Source of the DNA: Antedon mediterranea
Lineage: Eukaryota > Animalia > Echinodermata
NCBI RefSeq assembly: GCF_964355755.1
Contig: NC_092670.1
Coordinates: 31,298,388-31,362,387 of the forward strand
Length of the DNA: 64,000 nucleotides
Direction of reading: 5' to 3'
The notes under the pieces were generated by a model. That model was not told where the DNA came from, did not search any database, and was given only the letters and a program-made list of their open reading frames with translations. The position numbers were made by a program, and so were the translations under genes. This document shows, one piece after another, positions 1 through 12,396 of this stretch (positions are counted from its first letter, which is position 1; every line of letters begins with the position of its first letter).

Positions 1-4
1 CAGA

Positions 5-1401
5 ATGAATGCCTATAAACCAACAGTTGGTTTCACTCATTCCAAAGGAAAATCCACAGAATGCAACGTACCTTCTGAAAAAGTAAAGGATGACTACACA
101 AAGGAACCAACAGAGGCACGTAAAAGTAATGAAATAGATTTCACTCGGAAGCTAATCAAATCAGATCAGCAGCAGATGATTTCCCCATATTTTAAGTTTC
201 CAGTGCACAAAATATCGAGAGAAAATTTAGATTGTGATTACATTCAACTTCTTGATAAAAGCTCAGCTGATACTTTGTATAAACAATGTGAGGAAGAGAT
301 TGATTATTTTACAGGTGATCTTGCAAAGGTGAAAGTGTTTGGTAGATGGTTTAATATACCTAGAAAACAGGTTAGTTTCTCTTTATTTTTCTTCATGGTT
401 TCATGACGTTAATGTAGGCTACATACTATTACGTTTAAAAAGATGCATTTTTACATTTTAATTACAGGCCTACCGCACTGTTTTCGTTTTATGCAACAGA
501 ATAACAGTTAACCAGGCCTACCGCACTGTTTTCGTTTTATGCAACAGAATATTAACAGTTAACCAGAATCCAACTGATCATATAATTGTATATACATAAG
601 AGAAACATTTTTAATAGTATGTTTCAACTCTGACAGGTTTCTTATGGTGATATGGGTTTAACATACAAATATTCAGGCAATATAGTGCCAGCCTTGCCAT
701 GGCCACCGTTCCTGAAAGATCTTCGAGATTATTTGAAAGAAGTCACAGGGTTCTACTTCAATTTTGTTTTGGTTAACAGGTACATATTTATTATATATAT
801 GTTTATATTTGTTATAATTAAATAATGCAAAGCTTTCTTATGGCTACATTGTTTTAACATTGATAATGATTTATTCTCAATTTTACTCTCAAGATTGTAT
901 AATTGAACAATATCAGTAAATCAGTCTTTTCGTCAACTATTAGAATCTCTCACTTTTTAACCGCACAAAACTATGTTTAATTATGTTGTACGGTTTATTG
1001 TTTTTATGCTAAAAAGTTAAGTGCAAAATGGATATTTATGTAAATATTTTCTAGCTTTAAATTACAGTACAATTTTTTATTTTAATTTATGTTTCTTTAT
1101 TAGATATGCAGACGGTAATGATTCTATTGGTGAACATAAAGACGATGAGAAAGATATCAACAAATTTAGTTCAATCGCGTCCATTTCATTAGGTCAAACA
1201 CGAATGTTTAGATTTCGCCATGGGGCTACACGCGGAAAGAGACACAAAAGAAGTATTGAACCAGTAAATGTTGATCTTAAACATGGTAGCTTACTAATGA
1301 TGAATTATCCAACTAACGAGTATTGGTACCATTCACTGCCTAAAAAACCATCCATCAAACTACCAAGAATAAATCTTACATTTAGAGATATTAAAAGATG
1401 A
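5..1401 (+). CDS. ALKBH2: DNA oxidative demethylase ALKBH2 (AlkB family Fe/2OG dioxygenase), left-arm copy, ~268 aa
   Basis: Exons 5-370, 637-779 and 1104-1401 with GT-AG introns join in frame. Motifs match ALKBH2: VKVFGRWFNIPRKQ, SYGDMGLTYKYSG, FNFVLVNRY, IGEHKDDE (HxD), HGSLLMM..PTN..WYHSLP, RINLTFR. A further 5' exon outside the window cannot be excluded. Confidence 0.93.
467..565. repeat. ~48-bp tandem duplication in ALKBH2 intron 1 (mirrored at ~10759-10857)
   Basis: caggcctaccgcactgttttcgttttatgcaacagaata..acagttaacca occurs twice. Confidence 0.85.
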
Positions 1402-1763
1402 GAAAGGTAAGGATTACTTTAGAACGCAAATCTTATTAACAACAATTCATGAACAATTGTTCTAAAATGTAATAGTTATTACATGTATCTGTGTGGTTTC
1501 CTATACATTATTATTGGCGGCTGTCAAAACTATTTTTAACAATTCGTTTCTTGTTAACTGTAGTTGTAGACTGTAGTTGTAGACTGTAGTTGTATCTTCC
1601 TTTTTTTTTTTATTGAATTTAAATATTTTATTATTGTGTTTGACTTAATTTTATGTTTTTAACAACGAAAATGAAACTTTTTTTCTTTGCGGTTATTTAA
1701 GTATTTGAATTAGTATTTTATTTTCATTTGTGTGAGTGAGGAAAATGGAAGCATAGATTTATC

Positions 1764-2948
1764 AAATTTAAATACAATTTCTTTATTTCAAAATGAATTT
1801 CATTTTCTACGTGTTTTCAATTTTAAATCTTTTAAGAAAGACACAATACGTACTGCTAAATAAAAACGCACACAAAAGAAAACAAATTTGAGAGGCACGA
1901 TATGTAACGACGCTTTCATTACAACATTTTTGATGTAGCGATTTCTTCAAGTGGTATTGTCATGAACGTATTGAAAAGAAATTAGTTTTATTGTCAATGA
2001 TTTGTCAAGTGTTTTATTTTAATTTCAATTACTGTTGTATTGTATTTAGTTTTACCCGTTCATGTTGGAATGATCAATATTTGCTCAAACTCCATTTTAT
2101 CGTTATGTTTGTAGTATTTTAGAGATTTCCGATCATCGTAATAATGATATAACTAGAATTCGTAACCGTGTGTTAGATTCCATGCGTATTATGACATATG
2201 CCTTCTCTCGTTATTCACCCGATGTATTTTGATCAAAAAATTGTACCTGAGCATGAAAGGTTAGTTGTTATGGTACAAGGAATCGGCCCGGAAAATAATT
2301 TGTTTTTTTTTCTGTTAAATAATTATTATATGTTTGTGAAGTGTATTGCAATAGATTTGTTTAATGAAATAAAATAATTATGTTTTGACTTAATATATGT
2401 CAGTGTAAATTTGTAAGAATACGGTAGTTTTCCTATTTTAATTCATCATAAATTTATTTCTTGACTTTATTTTTTTTCTCTTTTCTGTTAAAGGTTTATT
2501 ATTATTTTGTTTTGTAAAGTGTATTACAATATAATGTGTATGAAATACATTTTGTTTTTAACATCAACAACAAAAATGAAATTTGATCTTTGCGTGTTGT
2601 TTAACTCGTGTATGAAGTTTATGAATTTGTTAAATGTAATTGCAAACATACATAATAAATGATTGTGATTAAAAATATTCTGTTTACTTTATTTTTATTT
2701 TAAACAGTAGTATTTTTAACAGTAGTTATATTTTATATATAATAAGTAATATTAGAAAAATAAACATACAAAATGTATAAAGTATAGACTTATTAAATTT
2801 AATTACAATTTCTTTATTTCAAAATGAATTTCATTTTCTACGTGTTTTCAATTTTAAATCTTTTAAGAAAGACACAATACGTACTGCTAAAAAAACGCAC
2901 ACAAAAGAAAACAAATTTGAGACGCACGATATGTAACGACACTTTCAA
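1764..2948. repeat. ~155-bp direct repeat (1764-1918 and 2795-2948), mirrored in the right arm
   Basis: acaatttctttatttcaaaatgaatttc...gcacgatatgtaacgac is present twice, about 1.03 kb apart. Confidence 0.85.
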
Positions 2949-3424
2949 TAAGAAGGCATATTATAAATGTATTTTTTACCAAATTTATAAAGTAAATGGT
3001 TATTATTGAGAAATATACATTTTAGATAAATGATAACACATCTAAAATTAATTAGAGAGATCAATACATTATGGTGTTCATAATAATTTGTTTTGATGAC
3101 TAGAGGAAACATCTGAAGACATTCAACGAAAAACAAGCGTTAACACCATACCAGTCACTAAGAATGCTACTACTCTGAAAAAAAAAACCATCTCCCTTCC
3201 TACACAGAAACAAATTCTGTACGAAAATAAAAAATTAAAAAATTAAAATAATTAGTAAACAAAATACACGCATTATAAATAAAATGAATAATTTAAGAAT
3301 ATTTGTTAAACTATCCACGAACAAAAAAACGAAACATACTAACCGATTCATCGTCATTACGAAGTTCAAATAACGAAAACTTTTCCTTGAAAAATCCACA
3401 GGAGACACATTTTACATTTTCTAA

Positions 3425-3700
3425 CTACAATTCAGTGTCACATTGTGTCGCAACACATGTACATACAACGAGACCTGTCACAAGTCTGCCGACATTTATT
3501 TTTCTATCGCTCATCATTTGTTCTAATACATAATACAACGCTTCTGAAGAAATATCTTTACACAATTCTAACACATTAAAATTGTTTTCCAACTCTTTAC
3601 AAGCACGAATAGTACTCTGGAGGATGGGTGAATCCAAAACAACTAACCCCGTCAATTTATATTCAATGTATGCTAAAACTAATTCCTCTAAATCAACCAT
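3425..3700 (-). pseudogene. Compact intronless Bcl-2-family-like ORF (BH4/BH3/BH1-like), stop after BH1; left copy
   Basis: LEELVLAYIEYKL resembles BH4 (NRELVVDFLSYKL). IRACKELENNF is BH3-like. VLEQMMSDRKINVGRLVTGLVV resembles BH1 (VVEELFRDGVNWGRIVAF). The frame stays open for 37 codons after the TAG. Confidence 0.6.
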
Positions 3701-4380
3701 AACGCTCGACAAAACAAATGATAATGGATGTAATTACCAAGAAAGTTACAACTTAAAACCTTTATTTTTGTTTTTAAAAAGAAGTTGTAACATAGAAACT
3801 AATTTTGTCAGGAAATGTGTTTTTATTATTTATGTGATTTATTTGTGTTTAGAAGGTTACAACATTAACATTTAATTTGGTCAAAAAATGTGAATATACG
3901 GAGCCGATTGTAATTTTTAATCCTTAGTATAGTGAGAGATTTTATAAACAAAAAAGAGCGAACGCAAATTAATGATTGCAGATTAGACATATAGAAATGG
4001 ATTGAAATTGGAAATCTACATGATCAAAGAAAAGAAAGCCATTGTTCCGACAGAAGCTAATGACATTTACAAAGGAGGACACAGTTTGAATAGAGTAATT
4101 ACCGTATAACATAATTAAATTTTGTCAAGATAGTTGTCAAAAATAAATAAAATATATTATACTGAATTTACTTTGTACATTTATTTAATTTAGACCGTAA
4201 TTAGGTTTGTTGTTCATTTATAATTGTGAAAAAAAAAAATACATACTAATAAAACAGCTATATAAAAAGTTTTTTTTTTTAAATAATGATTCAGTGTTAT
4301 AATTTTATTTACCTGTCATTATGTTAATAAACCATATTCTAAATTTAATTTATATCATGTTAGATATATTTTCAAGGACC

Positions 4381-5080
4381 TTTGTTACATAAAAATAAAT
4401 TTGTAAAGAAATTTGTTACATAAGATAAATTTTGTTAAGAAGTTTGTTTCATAAACATATTTGTGTAGATAAATTTGTTACATAAAAATAATTTTGTAAA
4501 GAAATTCGTTACATAAATTTATTTTTTACAAGAAGTTTGTAACAGAAAATTATTTTGCAAAGAATTAGTTGCATCAATTGATTTTATCAAACGTATGTAA
4601 CATAAAAAATTATGTTGTTGAAAAAAAAAAAAACATTTTGTAATTCAGTCCATTTGCTCAGTAGTTTGTTTAAGTTGTTAAGTCTTGTTTGTGTAATATT
4701 CTTGTAAATAAAAGAATTCATTTTTAACCTTTGTAATTATTTTGTAAATATCATTTATGCATTTTTTTTTTTGGTAAATAATTGAATTTATTTATACTTT
4801 TTGTATGGAAATAATTATACTAATTTTAAATATCATTATTTGTTTATAAATTTAATTGTGATTTTAGATTTCTTCTTTATTTAGTATGTCGATTAATTTC
4901 AGATTCAGAAACATGTTACACAAGAAACAAAAATCGTCATGAAATTCGTTACATAAAAAATAATTTATCAAGAATCTTTTTTAACATAAATTTAATTTTA
5001 TCATTAAATTTGTTATAAAATTTATTTTGTCATTAAATTTGTTACATAAAAAAATAATTGTTTCATGATTCTTGTTACAA
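4381..5080. repeat. Degenerate ~31-bp tandem repeats with GTTACATAA core (4381-4615 and 4940-5080; mirrored ~6255-6957)
   Basis: tttGTTACATAAaaataaatttgtaaagaaa-like units; perfect core at 4384, 4415, 4477, 4508, 4948 and 5041. Confidence 0.75.
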
Positions 5081-5472
5081 TTTTTCCTTTTGTTCAACTA
5101 CTTACATGAAAATTCAAGTTAAGAACGCAATGACAATAGTTGGGCGTTTAGTGTGATTAGCGGACCGCTTTCCTCCGGTAAATCGGTATTTGTTAACAAT
5201 CTTTTAGAGAATAATTACTTTGACAAGTCGTTTGATGATATGATATAGTGTTATGGCAAATATCAAACTTAGTTTACGGAACTAATTACTGCAACATATG
5301 ACATAAGTTTTACGAAGGGTATACTTATACATTGGATGTTTTCGATGTTAGTAAAAAACACAATAGTGAATAACTAGTTGTTTATTTACACATTCACTGC
5401 TATAATTACAATTAGAAGGTCATAAAGGGTAAATCGGTATTCTTTAAAGAATTAGGCCTATAAATATTTAAA

Positions 5473-5625
5473 TTGTCGAGTTACTTGACGTTAGAGAAGT
5501 AAATGTTGTTTGTGTTTACATGTGTGTCATAGTAGATAACGAATTATAAAACCATTACATTGTCGAGTTTCTTGACGTTAGAGAAGTAAATGCTGTTTGT
5601 GTTTACATGCATGTAATAGTAGAGT
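5473..5625. repeat. ~87-bp tandem repeat next to the palindrome centre
   Basis: ttgtcgagtt.cttgacgttagagaagtaaatg.tgtttgtgtttacatg occurs twice; a third unit start (ttgtcga) lies inside the spacer. Confidence 0.8.
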
Positions 5626-7636
5626 TTGTAATTACGGTTTTTTTTTTTTCAATATAAATGTATTATATGTTGTCGATAGTTGTGTAAAAAAAAAAAACCG
5701 TAATTACAAACTCTACTATTACATGCATGTAAACACAAACAGCATTTACTTCTCTAACGTCAAGAAACTCGACAATGTAATGGTTTTATAATTCGTTATC
5801 TACTATGACACACATGTAAACACAAACAACATTTACTTCTCTAACGTCAAGTAACTCGACAATTTAAATATTTATAGGCCTAATTCTTTAAAGAATACCG
5901 ATTTACCCTTTATGACCTTCTAACTGTAATTATAGCAGTGAATGTGTAAATAAACAACTAGTTATTCACTATTGTGTTTTTTACTAACATCGAAAACATC
6001 CAATGTATAAGTATACCCTTCGTAAAACTTATGTCATATGTTGCAGTAATTAGTTCCGTAAACTAAGTTTGATATTTGCCATAACACTATATCATATCAT
6101 CAAACGACTTGTCAAAGTAATTATTCTCTAAAAGATTGTTAACAAATACCGATTTACCGGAGGAAAGCGGTCCGCTAATCACACTAAACGCCCAACTATT
6201 GTCATTGCGTTCTTAACTTGAATTTTCATGTAAGTAGTTGAACAAAAGGAAAAATTGTAACAAGAATCATGAAACAATTATTTTTTTATGTAACAAATTT
6301 AATGACAAAATAAATTTTATAACAAATTTAATGATAAAATTAAATTTATGTTAAAAAAGATTCTTGATAAATTATTTTTTATGTAACGAATTTCATGACG
6401 ATTTTTGTTTCTTGTGTAACATGTTTCTGAATCTGAAATTAATCGACATACTAAATAAAGAAGAAATCTAAAATCACAATTAAATTTATAAACAAATAAT
6501 GATATTTAAAATTAGTATAATTATTTCCATACAAAAAGTATAAATAAATTCAATTATTTACCAAAAAAAAAAATGCATAAATGATATTTACAAAATAATT
6601 ACAAAGGTTAAAAATGAATTCTTTTATTTACAAGAATATTACACAAACAAGACTTAACAACTTAAACAAACTACTGAGCAAATGGACTGAATTACAAAAT
6701 GTTTTTTTTTTTTTCAACAACATAATTTTTTATGTTACATACGTTTGATAAAATCAATTGATGCAACTAATTCTTTGCAAAATAATTTTCTGTTACAAAC
6801 TTCTTGTAAAAAATAAATTTATGTAACGAATTTCTTTACAAAATTATTTTTATGTAACAAATTTATCTACACAAATATGTTTATGAAACAAACTTCTTAA
6901 CAAAATTTATCTTATGTAACAAATTTCTTTACAAATTTATTTTTATGTAACAAAGGTCCTTGAAAATATATCTAACATGATATAAATTAAATTTAGAATA
7001 TGGTTTATTAACATAATGACAGGTAAATAAAATTATAACACTGAATCATTATTTAAAAAAAAAAAACTTTTTATATAGCTGTTTTATTAGTATGTATTTT
7101 TTTTTTTTCACAATTATAAATGACCAACAAACCTAATTACGGTCTAAATTAAATAAATGTACAAAGTAAATTCAGTATAATATATTTTATTTATTTTTGA
7201 CAACTATCTTGACAAAATTTAATTATGTTATACGGTAATTACTCTATTCAAACTGTGTCCTCCTTTGTAAATGTCATTAGCTTCTGTCGGAACAATGGCT
7301 TTCTTTTCTTTGATCATGTAGATTTCCAATTTCAATCCATTTCTATATGTCTAATCTGCAATCATTAATTTGCGTTCGCTCTTTTTTGTTTATAAAATCT
7401 CTCACTATACTAAGGATTAAAAATTACAATCGGCTCCGTATATTCACATTTTTTGACCAAATTAAATGTTAATGTTGTAACCTTCTAAACACAAATAAAT
7501 CACATAAATAATAAAAACACATTTCCTGACAAAATTAGTTTCTATGTTACAACTTCTTTTTAAAAACAAAAATAAAGGTTTTAAGTTGTAACTTTCTTGG
7601 TAATTACATCCATTATCATTTGTTCTGTCGAGCGTT

Positions 7637-7912
7637 ATGGTTGATTTAGAGGAATTAGTTTTAGCATACATTGAATATAAATTGACGGGGTTAGTTGTTT
7701 TGGATTCACCCATCCTCCAGAGTACTATTTGTGCTTGTAAAGAGTTGGAAAACAATTTTAATGTGTTAGAATTGTGTAAAGATATTTCTTCGGAAGCGTT
7801 GTATTATGTATTAGAACAAATGATGAGCGATAGAAAAATAAATGTCGGCAGACTTGTGACAGGTCTCGTTGTATGTACATGTGTTGCGACACAATGTGAC
7901 ACTGAATTGTAG
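7637..7912 (+). pseudogene. Compact intronless Bcl-2-family-like ORF; right copy
   Basis: Mirror of 3425-3700, with one Arg->Cys change and a synonymous change. Confidence 0.6.
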
Positions 7913-9922
7913 TTAGAAAATGTAAAATGTGTCTCCTGTGGATTTTTCAAGGAAAAGTTTTCGTTATTTGAACTTCGTAATGACGATGAATCGGTTAGTA
8001 TGTTTCGTTTTTTTGTTCGTGGATAGTTTAACAAATATTCTTAAATTATTCATTTTATTTATAATGCGTGTATTTCGTTTACTAATTATTTTAATTTTTT
8101 AATTTTTTATTTTCGTACAGAATTTGTTTCTGTGTAGGAAGGGAGATGGTTTTTTTTTTCAGAGTAGTAGCATTCTTAGTGACTGGTATGGTGTTAACGC
8201 TTGTTTTTCGTTGAATGTCTTCAGATGTTTCCTCTAGTCATCAAAACAAATTATTATGAACACCATAATGTATTGATCTCTCTAATTAATTTTAGATGTG
8301 TTATCATTTATCTAAAATGTATATTTCTCAATAATAACCATTTACTTTATAAATTTGGTAAAAAATACATTTATAATATGCCTTCTTATTGAAAGTGTCG
8401 TTACATATCGTGCGTCTCAAATTTGTTTTCTTTTGTGTGCGTTTTTTTAGCAGTACGTATTGTGTCTTTCTTAAAAGATTTAAAATTGAAAACACGTAGA
8501 AAATGAAATTCATTTTGAAATAAAGAAATTGTAATTAAATTTAATAAGTCTATACTTTATACATTTTGTATGTTTATTTTTCTAATATTACTTATTATAT
8601 ATAAAATATAACTACTGTTAAAAATACTACTGTTTAAAATAAAAATAAAGTAAACAGAATATTTTTAATCACAATCATTTATTATGTATGTTTGCAATTA
8701 CATTTAACAAATTCATAAACTTCATACACGAGTTAAACAACACGCAAAGATCAAATTTCATTTTTGTTGTTGATGTTAAAAACAAAATGTATTTCATACA
8801 CATTATATTGTAATACACTTTACAAAACAAAATAATAATAAACCTTTAACAGAAAAGAGAAAAAAAATAAAGTCAAGAAATAAATTTATGATGAATTAAA
8901 ATAGGAAAACTACCGTATTCTTACAAATTTACACTGACATATATTAAGTCAAAACATAATTATTTTATTTCATTAAACAAATCTATTGCAATACACTTCA
9001 CAAACATATAATAATTATTTAACAGAAAAGAAAAAAAATTATTTTCCGGGCCGATTCCTTGTACCATAACAACTAACCTTTCATGCTCAGGTACAATTTT
9101 TTGATCAAAATACATCGGGTGAATAACGAGAGAAGGCATATGTCATAATATGCATGGAATCTAACACACGGTTACGAATTCTAGTTATATCATTATTACG
9201 ATGATCGGAAATCTCTAAAATACTACAAACATAACGATAAAATGGAGTTTGAGCAAATATTGATCATTCCAACATGAACGGGTAAAACTAAATACAAAAC
9301 AACAGTAATTGAAATTAAAATAAAACACTTGACAAATCATTGACAATAAAACTAATTTCTTTTCAATACGTTCATGACAATACCACTTGAAGAAATCGCT
9401 ACATCAAAAATGTTGTAATGAAAGCGTCGTTACATATCGTGCCTCTCAAATTTGTTTTCTTTTGTGTGCGTTTTTATTTAGCAGTACGTATTGTGTCTTT
9501 CTTAAAAGATTTAAAATTGAAAACACGTAGAAAATGAAATTCATTTTGAAATAAAGAAATTGTATTTAAATTTGATAAATCTATGCTTCCATTTTCCTCA
9601 ATCACACAAATAAAAATAAAATACTAATTCAAATACTTAAATAACCGCAAAGAAAAAAAGTTTCATTTTCGTTGTTAAAAACATAAAATTAAGTCAAACA
9701 CAATAATAAAATATTTAAATTCAATAAAAAAAAAAAGGAAGATACAACTACAGTCTACAACTACAGTTAACAAGAAACGAATTGTTAAAAATAGTTTTGA
9801 CAGCCGCCAATAATAATGTATAGGAAACCACACAGATACATGTAATAACTATTACATTTTAGAACAATTGTTCATGAATTGTTGTTAATAAGATTTGCGT
9901 TCTAAAGTAATCCTTACCTTTC

Positions 9923-11319
9923 TCATCTTTTAATATCTCTAAATGTAAGATTTATTCTTGGTAGTTTGATGGATGGTTTTTTAGGCAGTGAATGGTACCA
10001 ATACTCGTTAGTTGGATAATTCATCATTAGTAAGCTACCATGTTTAAGATCAACATTTACTGGTTCAATACTTCTTTTGTGTCTCTTTCCGCGTGTAGCC
10101 CCATGGCGAAATCTAAACATTCGTGTTTGACCTAATGAAATGGACGCGATTGAACTAAATTTGTTGATATCTTTCTCATCGTCTTTATGTTCACCAATAG
10201 AATCATTACCGTCTGCATATCTAATAAAGAAACATAAATTAAAATAAAAAATTGTACTGTAATTTAAAGCTAGAAAATATTTACATAAATATCCATTTTG
10301 CACTTAACTTTTTAGCATAAAAACAATAAACCGTACAACATAATTAAACATAGTTTTGTGCGGTTAAAAAGTGAGAGATTCTAATAGTTGACGAAAAGAC
10401 TGATTTACTGATATTGTTCAATTATACAATCTTGAGAGTAAAATTGAGAATAAATCATTATCAATGTTAAAACAATGTAGCCATAAGAAAGCTTTGCATT
10501 ATTTAATTATAACAAATATAAACATATATATAATAAATATGTACCTGTTAACCAAAACAAAATTGAAGTAGAACCCTGTGACTTCTTTCAAATAATCTCG
10601 AAGATCTTTCAGGAACGGTGGCCATGGCAAGGCTGGCACTATATTGCCTGAATATTTGTATGTTAAACCCATATCACCACAAGAAACCTGTCAGAGTTGA
10701 AACATACTATTAAAAATGTTTCTCTTATGTATATACAATTATATGATCAGTTGGATTCTGGTTAACTGTTAATATTCTGTTGCATAAAACGAAAACAGTG
10801 CGGTAGGCCTGGTTAACTGTTATTCTGTTGCATAAAACGAAAACAGTGCGGTAGGCCTGTAATTAAAATGTAAAAATGCATCTTTTTAAACGTAATAGTA
10901 TGTAGCCTACATTAACGTCATGAAACCATGAAGAAAAATAAAGAGAAACTAACCTGTTTTCTAGGTATATTAAACCATCTACCAAACACTTTCACCTTTG
11001 CAAGATCACCTGTAAAATAATCAATCTCTTCCTCACATTGTTTATACAAAGTATCAGCTGAGCTTTTATCAAGAAGTTGAATGTAATCACAATCTAAATT
11101 TTCTCTCGATATTTTGTGCACTGGAAACTTAAAATATGGGGAAATCATCTGCTGCTGATCTGATTTGATTAGCTTCCGAGTGAAATCTATTTCATTACTT
11201 TTACGTGCCTCTGTTGGTTCCTTTGTGTAGTCATCCTTTACCTTTTCAGAAGGTACGTTGCATTCTGTGGATTTTCCTTTGGAATGAGTGAAACCAACTG
11301 TTGGTTTATAGGCATTCAT
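9923..11319 (-). CDS. ALKBH2: ALKBH2, right-arm copy (Tyr->Cys in SYGD relative to the left copy)
   Basis: Exons 11319-10954, 10687-10545 and 10220-9923 are the reverse complement of the left copy. TAT>TGT change at 10680. Confidence 0.92.
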
Positions 11320-12022
11320 TCTGGTAGAGATCTACTGAAATGTCTATTTTGACTACAACCTTATACACAGAATATTGTATATAAAATAATTTATGCATGA
11401 TGTCAGTAGCGTCCCTCTTTACCCACTTTTTGTTTTATTTTAAAAAGAAACAAAGAAATCTTTTCGTAAACGTAGCCAATTTAAATGAAAATAAAACTAA
11501 ACATTGGAAAACAAAAATCATGAAAAATAGTGAAACTAACATCATGACGTCACACATTAAACTTTAGTATGTCAAACACCCCGTGTCACTGCTTTCGATT
11601 TATACCCTTTGTTAACAAATCCGGAAGATGGTTAATTACCTGTCGGTATAGTTCAATCAAGACATACTTATTATTTAACTTCATTCATTCTTATCTTTTT
11701 GTTTTAGTCATTGTTATAATATCCGGATCAAATAACTTATGTCTTTGGATTATGTCGGCATACATCAAGCAAAAACCTCAATTAACTAGTTTTAATTAAC
11801 CAGGTGCATCTTTATTGACTCTGACTAATTCAAATCTTACAAAAACTATATTGTCTCACTTCCTTACCCTATGTTAACCATTGTATTATAATCCGAAACA
11901 TAACACCTATTGACTTCAACCATTGTAAACCATTTTGTTCTCATCACAAGCAACTAAATTACCATATCATTTTTTATTTAATATTTATTAATTTTATATT
12001 ATAATGTATATTAATATATAAC

Positions 12023-12396
12023 AAATCTATATAACAATTCTAGTGAAATGATATACTCTATTGTCTTATACTATCCCCATTGTTAACCATTGTTATAACC
12101 ACGACTGACTATCCGTGTAACGATCATCTATATCACTGCCTGGAACAACAACAGTATCCTCACATTAGAAACACCTGGCGGATATTACGTAATCAGGAAA
12201 TAAAATTAATAAATATTAAATCTATATAACAATTCTAGTGAAATGATATACTCTATTGTCTTATACTATCCCCATTGTTAACCATTGTTATAACCGCGAC
12301 TGACTATCCGTGTAACGATCATCTATATCACTGCCTGGAACAACAACAGTATCCTCACATTAGAAACACCTGTCGGATATTACGTAATCAGGAAAT
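12023..12396. repeat. ~195-bp near-identical tandem duplication
   Basis: aaatctatataacaattctagtg...atattacgtaatcaggaaata at 12023 and 12218. Confidence 0.9.

Larger units (their letters stand above)
1..11323. repeat. Giant inverted duplication (palindrome): left arm <=1-5649, spacer 5650-5685, right arm 5686-11323
   Basis: The ORF track is mirror-symmetric (5..406+ / 10918..11319-; 1021..1401+ / 9923..10303-; 3425..3712- / 7637..7912+). T12 at 5638-5649 pairs with A12 at 5686-5697. Position 1 pairs with 11323. The arms differ by only scattered substitutions and small indels. Confidence 0.98.

Noticed and set aside
3582-3875. 97-aa ORF (and mirror 7462-7755), plus ORFs 2824-3136 and 3303-3533
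   Set aside because: No recognisable motifs; they overlap the Bcl-2-like ORF antisense or lie in AT-rich repeats. Their duplication is explained by the palindrome.
5638-5660. T-run followed by TAAAT at the palindrome centre, reminiscent of a poxvirus concatemer resolution sequence
   Set aside because: Present on one side only, trivially likely in AT-rich DNA, and no viral core genes are in the window.
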